Shown here: positions 26,171 to 39,200 of the stretch, piece by piece
Layout of the letters: every line of letters begins with the position of its first letter
Position numbering within the stretch: the first letter of the stretch is position 1
Source: Glaucostegus cemiculus
Taxonomy: Eukaryota
Length of the DNA stretch: 64,000 nt
Assembly (NCBI GenBank): GCA_976551045.1
Contig: CDPCPM010000063.1
Span: 7,874,001 to 7,938,000 of the forward strand
Direction: 5' to 3'
Notes under the pieces: model-generated
Databases searched by the model: none
The model's input: only the letters and a program-made list of their open reading frames with translations
What the model was told of the DNA's origin: nothing
Program-made: the position numbers and the translations under genes

Positions 26171-26366
26171 CATGGTAAAGTCCCACCCAGCCACTGAGTG
26201 GGCCCACCAAGGAGTGGCACAGGAGGTCCTTCAAACCTTATTATTTTTCACAACGTCAGGTTAAAAAATGGGGAAGGCATAATCTTGCTGATTAGCTTCT
26301 ATCAATTTCCCTCAGGTAATGAATCTCAATTTCTGCATATTCAAAGAAGCACTGAGTACTAATCAG

Positions 26367-26537
26367 GGACACAAGAGACTGCAGATGCTGGAATCTGGAG
26401 CAACAAACAATGTGCTGGAGGAACTCAGCGGGCCATGCAGCATCTGTGGGAGAAAAGAAAGTAGGTCCTGGCACAGGGTTTCCAGCTGAAACATGGACAA
26501 TTTCTTTTGAGTTCCTCCAGCACATTGTTTGTTGCAC
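26367..26537. mobile_element. Short palindromic Penelope-terminus-derived element
   Basis: gacacaagagactgcagatgctggaatctggagc head; inverted arms caacaaacaatgtgctggaggaactca / tgagttcctccagcacattgtttgttg. Confidence 0.75.
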
Positions 26538-26554
26538 TGTGTACTAATCTACCT

Positions 26555-26960
26555 GTTCCAGACACATCTGTCCATCATGATACTGGTAAAAGCGACCATT
26601 GCACAGTCCTTATAGAGTTAAAGATCTACTTTCACATCAAGCACATGCTTTACCATGTCGTGTGGTACTATTGTTCTAAATGGGATAGGTTCAGAACAGA
26701 TCTGGCAGCTCAGAACTGGGAATCCATGAGGCACTGTGGGTCATAAATGTATTGCATTGAAATGTATTACTTCAGAGGCCAATATGTTAATCTCCTTCTG
26801 CTATCAAGCTAGGTACCAATACTGGTTCAATAACGTGTTTAGAAAGGCATGCAGGAAGTAGCATCTGAAAAACAACAAAATGACATGCCAATTGTAATTC
26901 GGCACCACATTTAGGCTGAACAGCAACACCAGCATGAAATAGATCCAAGTAATCCTGTAA
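26555..26960 (+). mobile_element. Degraded CR1/L2-group LINE fragment
   Basis: GKSDHCTVL (APE SDH motif) and KWDRFRTDLAAQNW. Confidence 0.6.
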
Positions 26961-27582
26961 CTAATAATATATTGGTTGATCTTCTACATCGTTTTTCTGA
27001 TCTTTCCCTATGCCCCTTGATTCCTTGAAATCTAATCATCTCAATCTTGATTGTACAATATTAATTGAGCATCCATAGCTCTCTGGGGTAAAGAACACCC
27101 AGATACTGGTGCAACTGTGAAACCTGCTGCTGTAAGAAGAACAGTACAGATACACTTAAGAGGAAGCTAAATAAGCATATGGGGAAGAAGGGTTATGTGT
27201 TGGATGAGGTAAGATGTGAAGAGATTTGAATGGACTGAATAGCCAAAATAGTTTACTTCCATGCTGCTTGTCCTATGTTTAGTTACTATTGTTATATAGA
27301 CAAATACACAGTAAGATCTCACAATATGCAAAGAAATTAACAGAAGAGAAAGTCAGGTGGCCTTGATAACGGGCCTGGATTGTACTGGATCCAATGTGCT
27401 GCCTGAACTGATCACCTACAGTGCCTGCACACACATGCTAATCTGCTCTGAATACAGAGAGCTGGCCAGGCTGAACCTCTGTACCCACATCCAACCTCCA
27501 CCTCATCTCTGATTTCTGGGATTCAATGGCAGGTGTAGAAGTCAAAGACAAGCTGACGAGTAAAGAGAAGACAGTCAGTGAT

Positions 27583-30460
27583 TAGAAACATAGAAATATA
27601 GAACTATAGAAAAACTACAACACAATTCAGGCCCTTCGGCCCACAAAGCTGTGCCGAACATGTCCCTACCTAGAAATTACTAGGCTTACCCATAGCCCTC
27701 TCTTTTACTTAGCTCCATGTACCTATCTAACAGTGCCTTGAAAGACCCTATCGTATCCGCCTCCACCACTGCTTCTGGCAGCCCATTCCATGCACTCACC
27801 ACTCTCTGAGTAAAAAACTTACCCCTGACATCTCCTTTATATCTACTCCCCAGCACCTTAAACTTATGTCCTCTTGTGGCCACCATTTCAGCCCTGGGGA
27901 AAAGCCTCTGACTATCTATATGATCAATACCTCTCATCATCTTATATACCTCTGTCAGGTCCCCCCTCATCCTCCTCCTCTCCAAGGAGAAAAGGCCGTG
28001 TTCCCTCAACCTGCTTTCATAGGCATGCTTCGCATTCCAGGCAGCATCCTTGTAAACCTCCTCTGCACTCTCCCTATGGCTTCCACATCTTTCCTGTAGT
28101 GAGGCGACCAGAACTGAGCACAATACTCCAAGTGGGGTCTGACCAGGGACCTATATAACTGAAGCAATAGCCCTCGGCTCCTAAATTCAATCCTGCGACT
28201 GACGTGCCTTCTTAACCACAGAGTCAACCTGCACAGCCGCCTTGAGCGTCCTATGGACTCGGACCCCAAGATCCCTCTGATCCTCCACACTGCCAAGAGT
28301 CCTACCATTAATACTATATTCCGCCAACATAGTTGACCTACCAAAATGAACCACTTCACACTTACCTGGGTTGAACTGCATCTGCCACTTCTCAGCTCAA
28401 CTTCGCATCCTATCTACGTCCCTCTGTAACCTCTGACAGTGACCCTTCAACAACCATTCTTTGCCTTCTGTGGCCAGCCAGTTCCGGATCCACACTGCAA
28501 TGTCCCCTTGGATCCCATGTCTCCTCACCTTCTCCATAAGCCTTGCATGGGGCACCTTATTAAATGTCTTGCTGAAATCCATTAACACTACATCTACTGC
28601 TCTCCCTTCATTGATGTGCTTAGTCACATCCTCAAGAAATTCAATCAGGCTCGTAAGACAATAAGGCATCAATGTGCTTAGTCACATCCTCAAAAAATTC
28701 AATCAGTCCCTTGACAAAGCTATGCTGACTATTCCTAATCATACTATACCTCTCCAAATGTTCATAAATCCTGTCTCTCAGGATCTTCTCCATCAGCTTA
28801 CTAACCACTGAGGTAACAATCACTGGTCTATAATTCCCTGGGCTATCCCTACTCCCCTTCTTGAATAATGGAACAACATCCGCAACCCTACAATCTTCTG
28901 GAACCTGTCCTGTCTCCATTGATGATGCAAAGATCATCGTCAGAGGCTCTGCAATCTCCTCCCTCACCTCCCACAGTAACCTGGGGTAGATCTCATCCAG
29001 TCCCAGCGACTTACCTAACTTGATGCTTTCCAGAAGTTTCAGCACCACCTCTTTTCTAATATCTACATGCTCAATCTTTTCAGGCCACTGCAGGCCCCCA
29101 CTACAATCCCCCAGATCCTTTTCCGTAGTGAATACTGTTGTAAAGTATTCATTAAGTACCTCCGCTATTTCTTCCTGATCCATACACACTTTCCCACTTC
29201 CGCACTTGATAGGCCCTATCCTTTCGCATCTCATCCTCTCACTCTTCACTGTAGAATGCCTTGGGGCTTTTCTTAATCCTGCCTGCCAAGGCCTTCTCCT
29301 GTCCCCTTCTGGCTCTCCTAATCTCTTTCTTAAGTTCCTTCCTTTTAACCTAGATTGCTAACCTTACTAGTTCTCTGTATATTTTGTATGCTTTTCTTTT
29401 CCTTTTGACTAGACTTATTATATCCTTCGTATACCACGGTTCCTGTATCCTCCCGTGACTCCCCTGTCTCATCGGAACACGTCTATGCAGAGCTCCACAC
29501 AAGTACCCCCTGAATATTTGCCACATATCTTCCATACTTTTCCCAGAGAACATCTGCTCCCAATTTAGTCTTCCAATTTCCTGCCTGAGAACCTCATAAT
29601 TCCCTTTACTCCAAGTAAACACTTTTCTAGTCTGCCTTTTCCTATCTCTCTCCATTGCTAACATAAAGGAGATAGAATTATGATCACTATCACCAAAATG
29701 TTCACCCATTGAGAGATCTGACACCTGACCAGGTTCATTTCCCAGTATCAAATCAAGCACAGCCTCTCCTCTCGTAGGACTATCTACATACTGTGGCAGG
29801 AACCCTTCCTGAATACACCTAACAAACTCCACCCCATCTAAACCCCTCACCATCTGGAGATGCCAATCGATATTTGGGAAATTAAAATCCCCCATCACCA
29901 CAGCTCTGTTATTCTCACACCTTTCTAGGATCTGCTTCCCGATCTGCTCCTCAATAACACTGTCACTATTGGGTGGCTTATAAAAAAAACACCCAGTAAA
30001 GTTATTGACCCTTTGCTGTTACTAACCTCCACCCACAGAGACTCTGTAGATGATCCCTCCACAGCATCCACCTTTTCCGCAGCCGTGACACTATCTCTGA
30101 TCAACAGTGCCACTCCCCCACCTCTTCTGCCTCCCTCCCTGTCCTTCCTGAAGCATCTAAAACCCGGCACTTGAATCAACCATTCCAGCCCCAGAGCCAT
30201 CTAAGTCTCTGTAATGGCTACCACATCATAGCTCCAAGTATCAATCCAAGCTCTAAGCTCATCTGCCTTGTTGGCAATACTCCTTGCGTTAAAATAGATA
30301 CATCTCAAGCCTGTCTGAACATGTCCCTTCGTTATCACCTGCCTATGGTACCTACTCCTAACCTTCTCTATTTGAGAGCCTACCACCTCTTCCCCAGCCT
30401 CTCCAGTACTGATCCCACATCCCCAAAGTAGGCTCTTCACAAAATAGGCTCTACCACAGG
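27583..30460 (-). mobile_element. Relatively young CR1 LINE ORF2 with internal deletions
   Basis: YFNARSIANK, VAITET, GDFNFPNIDW, SDHNSI, NYRPV, DFSKTFNKVPH, RPHLEYCAQFWSP, LERRRMRGDL; (TTCTATG)-like microsatellite tail at 27583-27610. Confidence 0.95.
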
Positions 30461-30574
30461 CCAAACAGTAAAAGTGAAAATTATTTGTAAATTATATATG
30501 TAAAAAATAAAGGTGTATGAAGTAAATTTGTATCTGTAGTGTCTTAATGCCCAGATAAGACCATTTATAGTGGG

Positions 30575-30695
30575 TTATATATAATTAATAATATATATAT
30601 AATTTTATATATAATATATATATTATATATAATAAAAATATATAATATTATTAATAATTGTATATAACATACTGTATATTTATAATATATATAAA
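30575..30695. repeat. (TA)n-rich low-complexity tract
   Basis: Almost pure A/T dinucleotide-like run. Confidence 0.85.
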
Positions 30696-31599
30696 TTTGT
30701 TCATGCAACTAGGAAAAAAACATTAATTTGTGTTTATATCTTATGTACTATATTTCATTTACCTATGAGTCCATTTCTTCTTTATTAACTTCAAGAATGG
30801 CATTGTTTGAGCTTCAACATCAGGCACATTGCTAGAAACTCCATAATCTGAAATATATTTGCTTTCATTTAGTACATTGTAGCATTGATTATTCATTTAA
30901 TGTACATTTTTCTTGACAATTTAGTTTGTTGACCTACCTGCCATTTCCTGATCAGAAGAATTGGCAACCTCACACCCACATCCACCTTATTCTCAGGTCT
31001 CTGACACTGATCTCTCCAAATGACCAAGGGACATACTTGGGAAAGTACATTTTCTGCTTTCATTCTATTACTTTTAGAAAGTAACTCCCTGTATTTTGGA
31101 ACTAGTTCTTGATGGTAAAATCAGTTTGAATTTCTGAGTATCCATATTAACATGTAGTCAACACAAAAGAAAATTAATGGCATGGAGTACTACCCTTCTA
31201 GACTGCAATTCACGATCTATCATACGTAGCTAGCTATTGTAGGGGGTCTTGGAAAATTACACTTAAATAAACCACAAGTCTAAACATTGTAATTTAATGG
31301 ATGGAATATTATGGGTTGACATACAATCCTGTATTTCCCACAAGGTGGGGATCTTGTAGTCACCTCAATCAGGAATTTGGGTGCATGTTTCATGTGATTT
31401 TCCAGAATTTCCAGTACGTGCATCCAGCACATAATCACAAAGAAACTGAAGTAAAATGTACTTTTTTTAAAAACAAGTTGTGGTCAAAAATGGATTTGAC
31501 TTGTAGAAGATCATGTTAGAAAGTATTGGCCGCCCAGATTTTCAAAGTCTGTCATCATGGAGCTATGTGATATCCTGTGGGACAACCTTTGGCCATGCA

Positions 31600-32300
31600 T
31601 GGAGGTCAAGGTTATTGATGACTCTCAACTTCCTGGTCACTGGATTATCAGGTGGCCACAATAGAAAAATGTGACATTTCTCTATTCATTAGGCACTGCT
31701 CTATCAGAGAGGTCACAAAGCTCTCTGTTGGCAAAGGAATACATTCATCACCTTGAATTTTAGTGACAAGTTGGCATCTCAGGCATTGAGTTTTGCCATC
31801 AATGCTTGCTTGCCAAAAAAGTTGGAAGTCAGTATATACATCTGCATCCTTGGGGGCTTAGATTAATAATCCAGACCTTTCATCAACAGTAAGGATTTCC
31901 ACTCCCAAAAGGTACAGGTGGTTGTGGATCATGAGAAGAGTTAGTTGATGAATGAATGCCATATTTTCTTGCAGCACCCAGGACTCCTTCATCTGGAGGG
32001 AGACCACACTGCCTGATATTTTTAACAGCCAACACTGTGCTGAGATGGATCTGGAGAGCAAGGGCTATCCTTTATTTCCCTGGCTGCTCACACCAGCCTG
32101 CTCTCCTGCTACCAGCTGAGCACACTAAAGCAGGAGCCTCGAAAGTAGCAAAATAATAGTGCAGAACTCCACTGGTCTTCTTAAAATGAGATTCATTTGC
32201 CAGCGTCAGGCCAGGGACACTGTACAGCATACCCCAAGCACATGTGGTAATTTCATTGTAATGTGCTGTGTGCTTATGCTGCACAATTTATCAAACCTTA
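31600..32300 (+). mobile_element. PIF/Harbinger (HARBI1-like DDE) transposase fossil
   Basis: Frameshifted motifs EVKV..TLNFLVTG, IREVT, FINSKDFHS..VQVVVDH, STQDSFIWR, TGLLKMRFIC, IVMCCVLMLHNL. Confidence 0.75.
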
Positions 32301-33042
32301 CAAACTTGCAAATCTGATTATATGGAGTATAAGGGCCATGAGGCACAATTGGAAAACCAGTGGGAGTAAAAGGAGCAGGAGGATGATGAAGGATACCAAA
32401 AAATGTCCCAGTTTCTCACCCATAACCTCATTGCCCAGTTGAGTGGAGGAGGACGGTACTGGCTGCTAGTGCCTGTGTATCTCCCTCTGACACCTGCCCT
32501 TCCATCCTACTTCTCTCATTCCCTGAACTGCCAGAATCTGAGGTGATGCAGCAGGTTGTAATGATCCACTTTGGTCATCATGATTGTTATCATCACCCCT
32601 CTTCTTCACCCTCCACTCTTTCCTCCTCCACCTCTTTCTTCTCATGCTCCTACTGCTCCTCCTGCTTTGAATCATGCCATTATAGAGAGGAAGAAACAGC
32701 AGGATCCTGCAAAGATGAGACAGAACACAACTGTATCTATGAGTTGTACCCAGAAATATCTTTGTGATGATGCAGCAAGGCTCATGGTAATGAAAATGCC
32801 TACTGTAAATTAATTCAACAGGGATATAATTGCACACTTGCTTTTGACCTACTTCACAATTTTCAGAGTGGGATTTAGGTTGACAAGTAACAATAGTTTA
32901 GCATTCCAAAAATAAGTGCAATCCAATTTCTACGCCTCAGTATTTAGATTCATAAAATTACCTTTTGCCTTGAATATTAGTATGACAGTTCTATGGAATA
33001 ATTAAACTATTAAGTAAACATGAAAACAATGATTTAAGTATT

Positions 33043-33211
33043 TTATGTACCCATTTTTGGTTTGGTATTTAATTCCTTTTCCAAAAGATCACCCAGTTTT
33101 TCAATATTATTCTTCAGGCGATTGTAGGTATCATCCTGTTGTCTGTGGAGCATTATTATAGTTTTCTGTAAGTTTGAAACCGTTCTCATGATTGCTAACA
33201 CCCTTTCCTCA
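33043..33211 (-). CDS. TRP-like channel last coding exon (coiled coil, stop)
   Basis: ttttttcag|[55 protein letters not shown]; phase 2 start matches the upstream exon. Confidence 0.8.
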
Positions 33212-36200
33212 CTGAAAAAAAAGGATAAAACAGTTCCAGTATATTTACATAATAACTAATGATTGGATTTAACATTCTATATGACACAGTAAACTATTTT
33301 TCCTTAGTGTTATTAAATTTGTTGCAATACTTATCTATATTTATGGCAATGGCAGCTTTCTGGGGAATATATTAATTTAACCATGAGAATATTACATTAA
33401 ACAACCCTGTTATTACTTTTCCAGAGCACATTAGAATTTACTAAACAATGTCACTTATTTCCATGAATATTATCACAGCAAAATGCAAGAGGCTGTCAAT
33501 CCAGTCCTATTCTACCTTGTTATATATTTAAACAAAAGGAGTACAGCCCATTTCTGGTTATTGCAATTGTATTCATTGGTTTACCCACAGACTAGTCCTA
33601 TGTGAACATCAAAACAATAGATTACAAAGCTGATTTTTTTTAAATTCAGAAAACCAATCTTAATAAACAAGATCCAAGAGAAACAATGTTGTTGAGGTTC
33701 GAACAGTAAGATAAGATATCTTTATTAGTTACATGCACATTGAAACACACAGTGAAATGCATCTTTTGCATAGAGTGTTCTGGGGGGAGCCTGCAAGTGT
33801 CGGCACGCTTCAAGCGCCAAAATAGCATGCCCACAACTTCCTAACTCGTATGTCTTTGGAATGTGGGAGAAAACCGGAGCACCCGGAGGAAACCTACGCA
33901 GACACAGGGAGAGCGTACAAACTCTTTACAGACAGCGGCTGGAATTGAACCCAGGTCGCTGGCGCTGTAATAGCGTTACGCTAACCACTACACTACTGTG
34001 CCTGCTAAAAAATGAAGTAAATCTGGAAATATTACATGAGTGGCATCAAGCTTAGGCTTAAAGGTCTGAAGGTTTAATGAGAAAATGGATTTGTGAGGGA
34101 TAATACATCTATCATTTTGAGCTTTTTGGAAACAATAAGTTTGAGTAGAGAACAACTTGAAGTGGGAGAGCAGAAAACAGAACGTTTGAGAAACTGATAG
34201 GGGAATGGCATATCAAATGCAAGCAGTTGTATAAGATCTTTATAAGATCTTCATTAGTCACATGTACATCAAAACACACAGTGAAATACGTCTTTTGCTT
34301 AGTGATTTTTTGGGGGGGCAGTCCGCAAGTGTCGCCACGCTTCCAGTGCCAACATAGCATGCCCATAACTTCCTAACCTGTACATCTTTGGAATGTGGGA
34401 GGAAACTGAAGCACCCAGAGGAAACAAACACAGAAAGAACGTACAATCTCCTTACAGACGGTGGCAGGAATTGAACCCAGGTCGCTGGCATTGTAAAGCA
34501 TTGTGCTTACCACTATGCTACTGTGCCGTGTGTAAACCTGGTCAGGTATATGAGAGAGGATTGAGAAGAATCTGCTCAAATTTGAGGACAGAATTCATGT
34601 CTTGGATGAAATTGAACCTTACAAAACTAGTAGTAATATTGGAGCTGCATTTGCAATCAGAAGCAATAGTGAAGGCAAAAATATTGACAGATAAAGGATC
34701 AAGTGCAGAACTACTAAAGGTAAGAGGTAACATATATTTGAAATGTTAAGGTTGCTTGAAGATTTGAGACACAGCTGTCTATAAAAACTGTGACCTTTCA
34801 TGGTGTATCCTTAGGGTGGCAGATTTTTTGCCCACCATATGGATGCATCCTGCCTTGGTTCCCAAACTCTAAAGAGACAGACATGAACAATATGTTAATT
34901 AAAAGAGGTTGGAAATCTGAAACATAAGCAGAAAATGCTGGAAGCACTCAGCACATCAAGCAGCATCTGTGGAAAGAGAAAAAAGTTAACTTTCAAATTG
35001 AAGATTTTTTGTCAGTTCTGACAGAGTCCTTGACTTCAAGTTATAATTTTGCTTCTCTTTCCCCAGATGTTGCCAAACCTACTGTAACTTTCCAGCATTT
35101 CTGGTTTTGCGTCAAATTAACAAAATGTTAATGGGTACCCACACAATTTGTTTGTGATGAAGGCACTCATTTTAGATTGTGCAAAGGGTTTTTGCTTTGG
35201 CAACTTTGTCACAAGTAAAAAGGGTAAACTATGACAGCCAAAAATTGTTAACAACTTATTACAGTGCCCACAGTTTAAACATTCCACTTTCCTAATGGCA
35301 ATTGTTTGCAATATCATTGCAGTAGTTTAATTTATCTAAAACTTGAGTTTATAATCAAAGTTGACATTTCAGTTACTACACTTTTAGTTATACAAAATAC
35401 CAAGGCCTGATGTAATACACCCTAGAATCCGGAAGAGGTTAGCAATGACCTAGAGTTATATATTATGGGTCTACTAAATGTGGACATTCATTGGAGGAGT
35501 TAACAGTGCCCAATATAATAATTTTTATTTAAAAATATTGGCAAAGAAAATCTGATTAAATGTCAATTATGTTAAAACCACTGGCAGGAAAATAATTAAG
35601 AGTTTTTAGTTAAGTAAAAAAATGGCACAAATCAAGTTAAAGAGAAAATAGTCAGATAGATCTAACATTAATTTCATAAGGGGCAAATATGCTTAAGAAA
35701 TGTCAGTGACCTCTTTGGTGAGGTTAGGAGAAATCAATGAACATTAGGAAAGCCTTTGTTATGGAAGATAATGGGAACAATGGAATCAGAGGGAAGATTA
35801 AAAAAAATTGAACAGAAAATAGGTTTAAAGGGAAAAAGTAGAGTGCAGAGGTTTTTCCAGTTCTTTCAAAAGTAGTTGGCATTCAGTGTCCAATGTGTGT
35901 ATCAGTAATTTGGAGTAGTAGTAAAGTCTGCAGTTGATAACAAGCAAGTTAGTTCTTTGGAAAGCCAGAGGAAACTGTAAAGGCATATTGAGTTAAAAAT
36001 GGGAAATGGAATAAGAGATAAGTCACACATATATGTAACAGTAGCTATACTCTATTGGAAGTAGGCTTAAAACTTTACAAGATCTTAAGAAGTTGGAGTA
36101 TGGACCTAGAATATCAGGGCTGATAGAGTCAGTGTTGTGAGTAATATAACATTATGCCAGATGGAGTAAAATCAGAATCGATCCAGCAACTTAATATGGG

Positions 36201-39200
36201 GTACCATGAAGTGCTGTGCATCACCAGAAGCAATAGAATCGTATTCCACCACAATCTGTAACATCATGCTACAACGACCCAGTCTAGCACTGGATCAAAA
36301 TTCGAAGAGTAGGACAAGCACAACTAACAATGAGGAACCCATCAGAACCTTCAGCACAGACTACATGCATGATAAACAGCAGAAGTAGCCTGCTACAAAC
36401 AGAGCTGAACAATCCCACAACCACTGGATCAGGTCAAAGCTCTAGAGTACAGTTGTAAATGGTGGGCAAAATTAAATAGCCAATGGAAGAAGGTTCATGA
36501 ACACACCCATATTTAATAACGGCAAAGGCCAGCATATGAATTTAAAAATTAAGGCTGAAGGAATTGCAACTATCTTCAGCCAATTGATCCACTTTATCCC
36601 TTCAATAGGTGTACACTATCACAAAGTAAGCCTTCAAATAATTCAAATCACTCCATGGGATATTAAGAAATGGCTGAGGACATTAGATACTGTAACTGTA
36701 ATGGGCTTTGACTGATCCCCAGCTGGAGTAGTGAAGGATTGTGCTCCAGAACTACCTGTTCTAACACAACTACGCATTGGAAAATTACCTAGATTTGTCC
36801 TTATTACAAATAGCAGGATGCCTAATATGACCAACTACTGCCCTATCTGCATATCACTCATCAGTAGGGGTCATCTGCAGTGCTAACATGTGACACTTAC
36901 TCAGCAAAGATCTGCCACTAATGCCCAACACCAGACCACTGGTGTTGGGCATTAGTGTAGTTTTAGTGTTACTGTCCAGGTAGTGGAAGTGGAAGTTAAT
37001 CCCAGTATGTATGCTCACTGTTGAGATGTACTGTATCTTTTTCTTGAAAAAGTCATGAGGTTCTGCATTAAGTAATCTAAAGGAGCAAGAATTCCTTGGG
37101 GAAGTGATATTGGTGGATAAACACTGTGTACTTGTAAGATTCTTCTGCTCCTTTAATACAAAGTTAAATCATTCATTTTTAATAGTTAACATCCACTGTA
37201 ATTACAGGCAGGAAAACATAATAAGAATTGCTGTGCTTCTATGCAAGCATCAATATTAGTAATTTTTTAGGCTATTCTGTTGTATGTTGTTGGGATATGT
37301 ATTTGAAATTCATGGAGAAAATGAAATACTTCTTCTACTGTACTGTTTTAATCAATATAGGACAAAAACAACTGATTTCCAAATAAGCACTCCCTCAATA
37401 TTTGGAGCTTGTAATCGGAAAAATATTCCGGTACTGTAAATTACCTAAGTGTTGCTGATATCTTTCCCATTACTTCCTCGTCTCCATACATTTTTATCAA
37501 TCCTTCCAAAAAGTTGTGGTGTTCATCTTTTTCTATTTTCTGCATGAGTTGTTCTAATTCTGTCTACAATAGGAAAAGCAATAAAACACATGCACAATGT
37601 AACAAATTACCATGATTCAGGGAGTCTTCCCTTAAGAAGTAAATCTATTGTCACAAAACACTTTAAGGTTGGAATTTCTTTCAGATATCCAATGTTCTTC
37701 ATTCACAAAAAAAGGGAAACTGAAATTGCAAATGAGAAAATTGCAAGAATGAAGATGTATTTGATTTCAGGATATCAGATGCTTCCATGTATATTTACAA
37801 ATATAAAAGTAATTTTACAAAATCATGTTCCCAGGAATGAACTGAGAGCTATATTGAGAATTTGGCATGCATTGCTATGATTTTCCATCCATTATGGCTC
37901 CCTGCCAAAGCACAAAAATTCATAAAACTCTTTTCAGTGTGCTCACTCAGAGTATCTAATATTTTTAATACATCTGCCTAGAAATTTAAAGGGCAGTGAA
38001 GACTCCATATCTCTTTAAATTGTCAGGGTGTACTTGTTGCAGTTTTGTCATTGTCAGACAAGGGGCCACGTGGAGTAGGCCTTTGCTGGTTTGGGGCACA
38101 AGTCTGCATCTCTATGGAACAGGATAGAAATTGCAGCCACCAGCTACTCTGTCAAGAGCAGATTGCTGATATCAACAGTCCTTGCAAATAACAAATCTCA
38201 TCGACTATAGTGAAGGACATTTTATGAATCTGTGTTCCTTAACAGGGAGTGATAATAGATAAACATGGTCAGGTTCCCAATATGCTTCTCAACAAACAAG
38301 GCCAATCTCAGGGAACTGGCCTTAGAAGGCCATTTTGTTAAAGGTTGTATGTAAAATATTTTTTAAAACTTGTGGTAATATCCTGGGATCCTGGTGTAAT
38401 TTCCAACATAGTGCTCTAGTATTGATCCACATTTGTGAACTGTACTTGCACCTGGTTCTATCTGCAGGCAGGTCTTAGAATCTTGCAACACCACTCTAGA
38501 AAGTTTGACAAACTACTAATTCCTGTTCAAACAACTAGGCATTGTAGTCATTTACACATTGCAAATGGTTCAAATAGGAGGAAGCTGGGAAATTGAAAAA
38601 TAATAAGTCATGTAGCACACTTTACTCAAAACATGCCCTATTTAGTGAATAAATTATGTGAGAAATCCACTAGAATAAATGGTGTTCAGAATTGCACAAA
38701 CAAATACATATGATTACAAAAAGAAAGTAATAATCAGGTATGAATAAAACCAGATAGAGGTAGTTTGTTCATTTAAGATATATTTGAATGTTCATTGTCA
38801 GGTGGGGCATATAACAGTTAGTATTATATCAGCTGCTCATTACACACACCATCCAAGTTTTCTCTTCATTCAAGTGGATATTTAAAATTTTATATTTTAT
38901 GGTTTTTGCCAAAGTTGAAGGGTGCTTAAGACAAATTGGGAAATTTATGTCTTTATCTTATAACTTTCTAAATAAATCTAAAGTGGAAATTGTTGTTAAT
39001 TTACAAATTGGTAGACATTCCAACCTGGAATAGTTTGAATTATGTCTCTGTTAAAAGCCTTGCACATCTGTACAGTTTTCATTTGAGTGTTTAAATAATG
39101 GATTGTTGTAAATTCTTACACAGTAAATTGTGTTAAATTGGAATTCTAATTAAGCTGCAATGCCAAAGGTTAGATATTTATGAAATAATCTATGGAGTCA

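Noticed and set aside
33707-34003. tRNA gene
   Set aside because: The A/B boxes belong to a SINE head followed by a SINE core and tail; no complete cloverleaf.
38060-38230. Further Harbinger-like remnants (also about 4230-4440, 45600-45900 and 58890-59130)
   Set aside because: Resemblance is too faint to support without a profile search.
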